From contig MU004235.1 in the NCBI GenBank assembly GCA_010405405.1, positions 1,378,538-1,442,537 on the forward strand: a stretch of DNA of 64,000 bases, in the 5' to 3' direction. The position numbers and the translations under genes are program-made. This DNA is from Microthyrium microscopicum (lineage: Eukaryota). The notes under the pieces are model-generated. The model ran no database searches. It worked only from the letters and a program-made list of their open reading frames with translations, and had not been told where the DNA came from. Within the stretch, counting starts at the first letter, position 1. Each line of letters starts with the position of its first letter. Shown piece by piece: positions 13,080-24,500 of this stretch.

Positions 13080-13536
13080 ACTCCGCGTTATGAACGAGAC
13101 GTTTTGGTGGGTGGTGGGAATACCCCGTGGATTAGACCATTTTGTTATGAATTGAGTTATGAGCATAATTGTTGGGACAAGATGATAGCAATAATGCCCT
13201 TCCCCTCGCGATACGGAATTTTCCAGGACTTTCAACTGTTCAAAGTTCTTTTTACCAGGCTCGGCCTAACTTATATCGCCAACCAGGTTTGCAATAATGA
13301 ATACGAGGATACAATTAGCAGCATTCGGCCCCTTTATATAAATATCCGCACCCTGTAAGCAGATCTTATATCGGCCATCATACTTCCATGGTCAACATCA
13401 TTCTATGTAAAGATCGAGCGATCGCAATAACTCTACATATATGGGAACGATAACAAAGAACTGATCTCAGATCTCTGCGGCTATTCCAATATTCTCCTGA
13501 TTTTGGCGTTGCAATAGCGCAGTAATTGTATTCCTG

Positions 13537-15014
13537 ATGCACGCCATTCTTAGCCCTATTAGCCTTTTTCTACTAACCTCCATCGTCCTTTCATCAATCC
13601 TCGCCGCACACACTCGTAAGTCCTTCTCCCTTTCCATCCGAATTTCCCGCAACTAACGCTGACTAGTAGAACCTCTATCACCACCGCCCAGATTTCAACC
13701 CCGTTCTCCCCAGCTTGGAGCCGCCGTAGATGGCCTAGTAGGCAGTCTAGGTTCCTTAGTTTCTGGGCTAGGTTCAGGCCTCGCTACAACGCTCGACTGC
13801 TCCCTAGGGGCACTCTTCGGCGGTTGTAAAAAAGATAAGCCTGGTATTTTAGGCGCAACTGTTAATGGATTGGTGGGTGGTCTTGGGGGTATTGTCAGCG
13901 GTGTTGGGAAGGGACTTGGAGGGACTTTGGACGGGGCTTTAAGTCCGTTGGTCGGGAAAGGCAAGAACGCAACAAGGAAAGATGAGGGAAAGGATAAGGG
14001 GAGGTTACATCCGAGGAATGCAAAGGCAGAGCCACAACTTGGTGATGTGCTTGGTGGACTTGTGGGTGGACTGGGTAGTATCGTTGGAGGCTTGGGTACT
14101 GGACTGGGAAATACGTTGAGTGGGACTTTGGGACCTCTTTTGGGCGGGAGTGGTTCTGCGCCGAAGGCTTCGTCGACTCCACGACCAGTACCGAGACCGG
14201 AAATTAGACCGGAGCATAGCAGTAGGCCTTCGCCTAGGCCTGAAGGTAGACCAGACCGTAGGCCAGAGCAGGATCAACGTCCCGATGGACGGCCACAGCA
14301 ATCCAGTTACAGGAACGAAAAGAAGGCCTCTGTAACCATCACGACTGCCAGAGATTCAGTTTACTGCCGCAAGAATCCAGATACCATCAGCACAGACACA
14401 GACGTCCTGCCGATATATCCCCTCTCGTCGAAAATACAAGTCCGATGCTGGAGTTCACCTTCGATTTCAGGAAATAGTGGACGTGTAGATGGAGAATCGA
14501 TATGGCTACAGACTGCTGAGGGCTGTTATATCAACAAGGCCGAAGTTAGACGAGGCGAGGTTCGTGGCGAGTCTCGTGGCGAGTCTCGTGGAGACGATGC
14601 ATTCCAATCTATACTGAACGAGTGCCCACCGAAGAAACGCTGGATTGGTATGCTTCAAAGCCAGTATTCCCGAGCAGACTGCTATGATTGTCCGAGCCTT
14701 GATTGTCCTTCGACGAATGTTCGTACTGGATATGTTGATGTTGTTTGTGGTGCAAAGGGAGAAGTTGTTAGGGGTGATGATGTAAGTTCTTCGCGAATTA
14801 TTCTTCGGCCGACTTGTATGGTCTCATCAGATATCCAGCCACAATGAGAGGATATTCAACTGACAAGTTCACAGAGATGGTATCGTAGCAGCCAGCGGTG
14901 CTTTTTTCCTGCTGCTGTGTTTAACCCAAATGGATGGCTCGGTGAGTTTTGGCGCACTATCTGCTTGGTGTACGATACTGATATCTTTCAGGGACGCCGG
15001 GTCAAAGTTGTTGA
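13537..15014 (+). CDS. Secreted protein: signal peptide, 3 Gly/Leu amphipathic repeats, Arg/Pro linker, 2 Cys-containing SH3-like cell-wall-binding domains
   Basis: Exons 13537-13615, 13667-14781, 14875-14941 and 14992-15014, with canonical introns, in frame. The N-terminus MHAILSPISLFLLTSIVLSSILA is a signal peptide. Ends ...GTPGQSC*. Confidence 0.8.
14554..14595 (+). repeat. 12-bp coding tandem repeat (GEVR-GESR-GESR-GD)
   Basis: ggcgaggttcgt ggcgagtctcgt ggcgagtctcgt ggagac read directly. Confidence 0.85.
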
Positions 15015-15590
15015 ACGAGGTTCTAGCCATGGCTACCTGACTGCGCTTGAAAACACATAGTGAATATGGCTGTCTTCGGCGTGTCTGATATCGATCAGCC
15101 GCCGGCTCAATTTCTAGTGACTGGCAGACATTATAGTCGCAACTGGACAGCAAAGCAAAAGATCGGAGGCGAACGGCTGGTGATTTAGACACGAGATGAA
15201 ATGGATGAGTAGAAGAGAGGTGCGTAGTGGTGATGAGACGAGAACTATCAGATCCGCATCTCACGTTGAGAATACAACTTGATGTCATTATTCAGGATCT
15301 ACCATACGCAGTAACGCAGAGTGTGAAAGATACCTATCGGCAGCCGCAGCATCGTCATATTTTGTATTCCACGATGGAAAGCAATCTTGCTCACAACGTC
15401 ACTAGATCTATATGACTGCCTTTCCACATGTTGGCGGAAGGCTTCCTACAGGAACCATCCTTCTAGAAGGTTATCAGATTACAACTGGGAACGCAATCAA
15501 CCATTCCAAAGCAAACATGTAACTGTGCTATATTCCGCTGTATCACAGGTGTGGCCACTTCTTCCCCGTGATAAAACTCCAACTTTCCAC

Positions 15591-16187
15591 TCATGCTAAC
15601 TCAGTCTCGTGCTGGTTGGCTATCAATTTTCGACGTAACCTCTCCTCCCTACAGGCAAAAGCCATGGTGACAATATGGAGGCCCCTTGATCAGTACTCAG
15701 CTTTCGCTCAATTCAAATGCGAACAGCTCGAAAAACTTACGAGAGGATAAGAAGAAGCCAAGAGAGTATGGCCGGCCCAGTTGTACCTATCAAGAACGAT
15801 CCAGTCAAGAAAGATGAAAACAACAGTGCCCCGAATAACACTATATCAGTAGTGATCAGACACCCAAGAAAAAGCCTGGATCGGAAGGCGATAACATCTT
15901 GGTGCCAGGTGTTTCTAAACTCCACTGCGTTGGGAATTGCGGCGAAGAATATCTAATTTGCAAGCAGTAAGTACTTTGGGTAAATGCTTAAAGGTTGTTG
16001 AGAGTTTACGAACCACAACCAAGAGCTCTCCATGAAATATTCTATAATTGCCTCGAGGACTCTGAAGCCAAGGATTGGCAAGAAGTGCTACACATATGAT
16101 GAAAGACAGGAAAAGTAAGACTAAATTGAAAAGTCTGATGCGTTGATACCACAGTAAGGCAGTGGGTCTTCTTTGAAAGGTACTCAT
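15591..16187 (-). CDS. Small orphan multi-pass membrane protein (~160 aa, ~4 TM)
   Basis: Three exons joined by GTTCGT..TAG and GTAAGT..CTGAT..AAG introns give a continuous frame: MSTFQRRP...LFNLVLLFLSFIICVALLA...|IFFAAIPNAVEF...LFLGCLITTDIVLFGALLF...|GLHIVTMAFACREERLRRK...ELA*. Confidence 0.6.
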
Positions 16188-17422
16188 GATGATTGAAGCC
16201 GTGTTTTAACGAGTAAGTGGTGTGGAGAATGTAATAGAGACAATTGCATGATGTCCTTGTGAGAGCTGATATTTTCTGGATATAGAACGCACCTGAGCAT
16301 ATGCTTCTTGGTTGGAAGGCGCTGGCCTGCCTTTTATGTCTAGATTGAATAGATTCATATCGACGAGGTTCTCGCCGCATTCACTTTATCTACCCTGCAT
16401 TAAGTGATCTTTAGACAAATCCAACGCCAATCCAACCCAACAGGCATGTTTTAGCATAGTGTGCGCGAAGTCTTATAACTCAAGAACTGCGTTGGCCCAT
16501 ATTGTGGACTGCAATGAGCGAAATATATGTTCTTGAGGGTTTGAGGTCCTGCTTCGTAGATGAATCTTCTGCAGCTCATGTTCTAGTAGCAGCATGATGT
16601 ATATGAATCATCAGTGATCATTAAGGGGCAGATTACAATCCGTCCTATATGTACTATTCCTAGTGGACGAGCTATGTAAACCAGTGGTAGGTAAGGAATG
16701 TTGCTGTGGTGGCCAAGTGACCGAATCTATGCCCACATTGATTGATGGCATGATTTCGCAGTTCATAAAGCATATGTGAACGATGCCATTAAGAGAAATA
16801 TAGCATGAGGGCCATCGAAGCGGCCTAGTATTCCCCGCGCACAGAGGCCTTCTCGTTACTGTGCCGCCCAAAACTATTCTTATATAAATTGACCCATAGC
16901 CCTGGGAATTTACTCTAACTTCTCACTTCGGGGTACACATGCATGAGGGATTCACAAGTCAGTACTAACTTACCACAGCCTTTTCTAAAACTCTAATGTA
17001 TCTATGATATCGCGGCAATAAAAGTATACTTTGTGATAAGTGTAACAATACATCATATTGAATTTGCTTTGTGTCATCCGTTCGGCCTATAAGGCTGAGG
17101 CTGTTGTTATGCTACATTTGATTGGTGGGGCGCTGAATCTGATGGACGGAACAAGCTGGTCGTACCTTTTATCGACCTGCACAACTTTAGGAGGAAATAA
17201 GAAAGACGATTCCATGTCTTCCCTTCAAAGAGATTATCTAGCTCTATTTCAGACTGCCGTGAGCTTTGTAGGGACCCATTGCATCCGCTACAATCCATAG
17301 CACTCGACTAGGAACACATTTTATGGTGGCCGTTGAGTAAGATGGGAGATATAAGTTTATAAAGGCTGTTGGTTTTCTCCACTTAGATAGATTTCGTCAA
17401 CAAATGCTTCTGACTTCCCTGG

Positions 17423-20218
17423 TTATAACTTGAGCTGAACATGTCCTGGACTAGGGGGAATATCTCCAATATCCCAGCCGGTCTGATTCACACCCAACAC
17501 AAATTCTAGTGTGGCATTCCCTTTCACAAGCTCATCGTGTGTGAGCCAGCTCTTCTTCCAGCCAACTCCGTTAACTTTTAAACTCTGCACGAAGATGCTG
17601 CCGTTTGCTACATCCAGTCCCTTAGCAGTGATATGAATCGTCTTCCCATCCCCAATATTCATCGTGATATCATCAAACCACGGTGCCAGGATAAGATACA
17701 CTGGCTGCGTAACGACCGGATACAACCCCAACATATTCCAAACCAACCAACTATCCACCGCACCAGCATCTGAGTTCCCAGGAAGGCCAGATGGACCAGT
17801 ATTGTAGTATAAATCTACAGTCTGCCTCGATCTCAACACAGACTTCCACTGCCTTCCAGGCAGATAATTATATAAAAACGGCGTCGCAAAACTCGGCTCG
17901 TTCCCTGGATTGAACAAGGTCGTCCCAATTCCATTAATCCCGCCCGATCCCACCGTGCCCGTCCTCAGTCCAGGCACAAACATGGTATCTAGCCGTGCCT
18001 CCGTAGCATTCGCACCGCCAATTAAGGAGATCAGCGTCCGCATATCAAACGGCACTGTCCACGAATACTCCCACGGCAAAGCCTCATACGCAATCGCATC
18101 CCATTCGCACCCACCACAAGTCCCAGGATCATACGTCCCATTCGGTGAATTCGCTTGTACACTCCCATTTGGCCAAGTAGGCGCCAGAAAACCACTATAG
18201 CCTAGACTGGTGACGTTCCGATTCCAGATACGTTGCCACCCCGCCGCGCGCTCCAAATATTTCTGCGCCACCCCCGGATGCCTATCCAGTCCAGCCGCCA
18301 ACTGCGCCACCGCAAAATCATTAAGACTATATTCGACTGTCCGACTTACACTCCTCGCATATGCTGGTGTGACAAAGCCATATTTAAGCCAATCGGGCAA
18401 TGCACCGCGTCCTTCTTTCGTGCTGCCGGTGAGATCTGTGGGGTCAAAGTTGTTGTATGGGACTACTTCTGCGTCGGTGAGTGCTGCTTGGTATGCAGCG
18501 GTCCAGTTGATACCAGGCAAATGCTTGACGTAGGCATCGGCGAGGACGTTGTCGGCGTTGGAACCACCTTGGACGCGGCCGTTGTAGTTTCCGGATCGAC
18601 CGTCGGGCATGAAGCGCTCGTGGCGCCAGACGGAGATGACGGTTTGGACGAGATCGGTGGCGATGGGGCGGTTGATTAGGAGTGTGAGGGAGAACCAGCA
18701 ACGAAATGTGTCCCAGATTGTGTAGATGTCGTCGACGTAGCCCTGGTAGGAGTGTCAGCTGGAGGAGCAGGTTGTATTGAGATGATTATAGGATCAAAAG
18801 GCATACGAATTGGGGTAACTTACACCGCCATCATCCCAGTACGGACTTTCGCCAGTTCTGTTCGAAGGCAGCAGGGCAGTATGATATAGCGCTGTATAAA
18901 ACATCGTCAAACGCGTCGTGTTCTTCTCTCCCTTGACCTGTATCTTGCTCAACACATCATCCTCCCAGACCTCTTTCGTCTTTGTGATCGTTTCATTCAG
19001 ATCCCAGCTCTTGATCTCGCCCAAAAACTCACACGCTCTATCCTCCGAAATCCACGAAACCCCAACCTTACTCTTAACCATCGACGCATTTCCTGGGAAC
19101 TCAAAGATCGCGCCTACGCGATCCGCAAATTGAGAACCTGCCACACCGCCCTGCACACTCGATCCATTCACATACGTCGGCGAAGCGCCCGTGAAGTTCG
19201 CCCAATATGGATCTGTACCCGTCAGCCCACTCCCAACACCCTATATGGCTCAACGTACCAGTATAAGGACCCCGAAACAACCTCCCCGTCGCCGACTGAT
19301 CAAAAACCGCACAAAAATAAACCGTATAATCAGGCCCTTGATTCCACCCGCCCCTCCACGTACCCCAGCCTCTATATCCCTCCTTCGTAAGCTCTACTCT
19401 GCCATTACTGTAAAATTGGCTTGCCAGATGATCATCTTGTGTCGGCAAATAATGGCTGACGTCCACCAACACATGCTTCTCTCCTTTATCAGGGAATGTA
19501 TACTCCACAATCCCAGTATGCATACACGCCGCCATCCTAATCACCACTCCACTAGCCAGCTTCGTACTATACCATCCTACACCCGCACTATCGTGTCCGA
19601 CACGAGGTTGCGCATATGTCATGTTATCAAGTAAATTGACGTTTTGCAGGGTTGTCAGTGGCATTTGAGATACAACGCCGTATTTTGGAGCGCCGCCTGT
19701 GCCGGATTCGTGGAGGAGGCTGATACTGGTGACATTGCCATCGGGGGTGTAGCCTGCGTTGGCGTCTGTTGACTATGGAGGTATCAACAGGGACCGGAAA
19801 TGGAAAGCGTATAAAAGCAAGGCGAAAGATCGAAAGAGAACAAACGTACAGAATTGAATTCGGTTGTGTCGATTCCGATTTTGACGGCTCCGAAGGGCAT
19901 TGACGCGCCGGGGAAGACGTTGCCGCCATTGTAGCTGGATGAGTTAGTTATGAACGGCGAAGAAATTATGCGAACGTAATGTTTCTATGGGATGGGAAAG
20001 AAAGTTTATGCTCCGACACTTCAAGCTTTTCGAGTTTTACTTTGGACGATGTAGCAAAAGCAATCCAGTGAAAGCAGAAGATGAAAATCATACCTAGTGC
20101 CTGGAACAGTTCCCTCAGTTCCAATGAACAAATCGACGTAGTCACTGTAGTTAGTAGTCGCTTTACTAACCACAATTGACGCAGCTAGGCTGACGAGAAT
20201 CATTAAACGAAGCATCAT
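17423..20218 (-). CDS. Secreted glycoside hydrolase family 92 (alpha-1,2-mannosidase-like)
   Basis: Signal peptide followed by YVDLFIGTEG, GGNVFPGASMPFG, HESGTGGAPKYG, RVQGGSNADNVLADAYVK, SRTVEYSLNDF, FNPGNEPSF and GLPGNSDAGA. Multi-exon. Confidence 0.92.
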
Positions 20219-21597
20219 ATCTCAAAGGCTTGACGAAACGTCAAAGTCCTGCCCAGCATGCGAGCTATCAATACTTCAATGATTTTCGGAATCATGGAAC
20301 GGCCATATTTGCTCTATATATGGCATGAAGCGGCTCATCGATGATCGTAGGCACGGTAATACCTGAGGTGTAATATACAAGGCCCTAGCTTCGTCGATTT
20401 ATATTGGATTGAATGATGAACCGGCTTCCGAACCCCGCAGGTCTAAGTCTAAATGCTTATTTCCTAGTGAGCGGTTTGAAAGATGACGGGAGGTACAGTC
20501 AATTCTATTGACTAAGGTCACGATACTTGGATGTTAGTGATCAGGTTCAGCTCTCTAGTTTTAGCTAAAGCTCCAATTCGTAGGATCTCTGAACCAAGCC
20601 CTTGATTGAATATCACATTTGATGGCTGGATTCGGTTCAATGCTGTCCGGAGAGTATTGTACTTTCAAATCGTGATTCTGGAGATGTCATGTTTTGGTGG
20701 CAGGAATCCATGGATTGAAGTCTGATAGCTTGTACATGGATAGGGGCAAGGGTAATAATTGATTGAGTGCAGGTACAATGGACCTTTGGAAGAGTTGAGG
20801 ACTACCTCTAGCTTTGAAACACAAAAAACAGAGTGATGACAGGTTTCACGATTCAACGTGGTGTGATATCAGTAGTACGGGTTGGCGCATTCGAGCAAGA
20901 CACAGCGTATAAAGGACAATCAACTGAAGCATGTTGTCAAGTAAACAGACTGCAGGTGAAATGAAAAGTATATTTTGTGGTAGATGACGATGCAAGGGAT
21001 TAAAGTAAGTTTGTTGAATCGGAAGAGTCGCGATAACTGGGCATGGTGTTGAGAATAGCAATATCCACCTCCAGGCATATTTAAAATGCGTCTTGCTTTC
21101 TTCCTGATGATTAGGCTGAAACAAGTTTCATTTTAGATAGGACCAGCATAAGTCAGGTGCAAGCCATTGGCGCTTTCTATCCTTGGAGAATTTCGGTGTT
21201 TTGATTGGATGAAAGGCTAGAGGCGGTTGCTAGTCTTTCCCCACCCGATTGTTTGTTTACTCTTTTTTGGGCTGCTCTTTCTCCAACACCAACAATCCCA
21301 GCTTCAAGGTTCTTACCACTCTAGAAAATCCTTGTCCCTGGCTCTCACCACTCAACTTCCCGCCAACCTCTCCAACACTCTCCCGCCTTCTTCATCTCCC
21401 AATATCCTCACCACAAGAGATACTCCCGTGTTCCTCTTGATCCTCATCGTCGCTTCCAACTCCCCTAATTCGGGGTCATACTACCACTCAAAGCCCATGT
21501 CTGAGGGTCCATTTTCTTGAATTGCGCCGCTCTCCATGGAACGAATTTCAAGTCCTTGACACCCTAATCCTCATTCCCAATTCCATCTCCGCTCAAT

Positions 21598-24500
21598 ATG
21601 ACTACTGCCTGGCGACCTCGATCTGTTGTCGGGCACCCAACACATGCTCCTAGTCCCCTACGACATGCATCTACTGCTTCCTCAAACTCTTCCACTTCCG
21701 GTCCTCCTAGTCGCTCGAGTACAATATCCTCTCATGCCTCAAGTACAAATTACTCATTGGTAGACCGGTCAAGAACTTCGGCAGACACTATTCATTCCAA
21801 GATTACTGAATTAGAGGAGCCTCGGACTCCTTCTCCCGGAGACTCGTATCAGTCTATGCGAAATGCCCTCAGACCTACAGTTCAACACGCGAGTACAACC
21901 TCTTCATTAGACAACGCGCGACCGCGAGCCTTACATTCACGATCACAAAGCGTTGAGACATCGACCATGAACACGTCATATCATCGATCCGACGATACAA
22001 CCTCTCCACCCAACAAGGGACGTCCAATGTCCATGGCATTAGGGCGCTCCGATTCAGTTCGACATGGCTCCGACGCGTCTAGTCGAGGGCAAGTCCATTT
22101 CGCTCCTCAGTTGGAGAGTCCAGAACTCAAGCAATTCCAGCGATCGTCTACAAGTCATTTGCGGGCACTGTCAAAGTTTGCCGAAGATAACGATGGAGAC
22201 GATTTTACCATCAAGTCCAAGGAACAGGAAGTCGTCGGTCTTCACGGTCGTCGCCGGTTGCAGCGCACTGATTCAAATCGTGCAAAGAAGACTCAGATCT
22301 GGGGCCAAAACATGTGGATGGATCAACAACGCCAGTATCTTGCTGCCTACGAATATCTTTGTCATATTGGTGAAGCAAAAGAATGGATAGAAGATGTGAT
22401 GCAGAAACCAATACCTCCCATTGTACAGCTTGAAGAGGCACTCAGAAACGGTATTATCTTGGCTGAAGTTGTCCAAGCGCTTTTCCCGGAACGCAAATTT
22501 CGCATATATCAAGGCCCAAAGCTTACTTTCCGGCATTCGGACAATATCGCAATATTCTTTCGACTACTGGAGGAGGTCGAATTGCCGGATCTATTCTGGT
22601 TCGAACTGGTCGACCTTTACGAGAAGAAAAATATTCCCAAAGTCATTTATTGCATACACGCCTTATCGTGGCTTCTCTGGCGCAAAGGAATGACAGACTT
22701 CCGCATTGGCAATCTCGTTGGTCAACTTCAATTTGAGGACCATGAGCTTGAGGCTACCCAAAAAGGCCTCGATAAAGTCGGGGCCATGCCCAACTTTTCT
22801 GGAATGGGCGCAAATTTTGGTGCTGAGCCTGAGCCAGAACCGGAACCTATAGAATCAGAAGACGAACGAGTAGATCGCGAACTTGCCGAAGTTGAGCCTA
22901 GTATAACAGACCTGCAAGCTCAAATGCGCGGCGCATTACTTCGCATGCAACTTGGAACTGTTATGCAGGATTTGTGGGAATCTGAGGCATGGATTGTTGA
23001 TCTGCAATCAAAAATCCGGGGTGACTTTGCTCGAGAAATTTCCAATTATCGACTGGATATGAAACGATTCGCAATCAACTTGCAAGCCGCAGCACGAGGA
23101 TATCTTGCTCGAACCAAGGCTGGGGATCAGCAATGGTTTTTAGAAAATCAGGCACATGAAGTTGTGGCTTTGCAAAGCTTGATACGAGGCTACAAGTCTC
23201 GCGCGAAGACTCAGCATATCCAACATCAAGCTCGCAAGCACGAAAATGGCGTCCGAGAATTGCAAGCTGCAATACGAGGAGCAATTGTTCGTCAACAAGT
23301 GGCCGAAGAGTTGCATGCTACTCATGAAGCAGAGGCTGGTGTATCAGAGTTTCAAGCAGCAATACGTGGTGCCTTGATGCGGAAAAAGGTCGCAGATCAA
23401 CTGGACGAAGTGTATCAGGAGGAACACCAGGTTCAAAAGCTACAGTCATTGGTTCGTGGTATGCTACAACGGAAAGCTCAGCAAGCAGATCGAACTCATC
23501 TACGGAAACACGAATCTTTCATCACAATGCTCCAAGCTGCGGCACGGGCATCAGCAACTCGCAAAGTTCAAGTTGTGGTTCAGGAGGAGCTTCACGCAGA
23601 AGAAACGAAATGGGAAGGGCTCCAAACTCATTCTCGCGGATATCTCCTACGTCAACGATTACAGCAAATCCGAGATGATCTTCGCAATCAATCGAATTCG
23701 ATACTTCTGGCACAAAGCTCAATTCGAGGATATCTGGCAAGACATCGGGCAGAAGAAAGTCGCAAATCACTCCGGCAAGCAGGACCATCAATAACATCGA
23801 TACAATCCGCTTCACGGGGATTCTTGCTTAGGCAAAAGACTTTTGACATCTTGTGCGAACTGAACGAGCATGAAGAAGGCATTGTTGCTCTCCAGGCACA
23901 CGCTCGTGCTTTACTGTGTCGGTCAGGTATTGGCAAACTGTTCACCGAGCTTGAAGATGTGGAAGACAGTATCATTGCCGCTCAAACCATGATTCGAGGG
24001 TATTTGGTTCGGATTCGTTTTGCTGAAAAGATGAGGCACTACAAGGAGAATATGGAGAAGGTCATCAAAGTGCAAAGCTTTATTCGAGGCAAGCAGCAAG
24101 GCGAGGCCTACAAGGTTTTGACCACCGGAAAAAACCCACCTGTTGGAACGGTCAAGAACTTCGTCCATCTTCTCAACGATAGCGACTTTGACTTTGACGA
24201 GGAAATAGAATTCGAGCGACTTCGAAAGACTATCGTTCAACGTGTCCGCGAGAATGAGCACGCAGAAGAGTATATCGGCCAGCTCGATATCAAGATTGCT
24301 CTTCTCGTCAAGAACAAAATCACCCTGGATGACGTTGTTCGGCATCAAAAACATTTCGGCGGACATGTTGGAAGTATACTTGGCAACAACGATATGCAAT
24401 CCAAGGACCCATTTGATCTCAAGGCGCTCAACAAAACTTCGCGGAAAAAGCTCGAGAACTATCAAGAACTCTTCTTTGCCTTGCAAACACAGCCGCAATA

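Noticed and set aside
19937..20095. Possible 9-nt microexon in the long first GH92 intron
   Set aside because: The second intron would be only ~41 nt, the first branch site is weak, and direct splicing already gives a sensible GH92 N-terminus.
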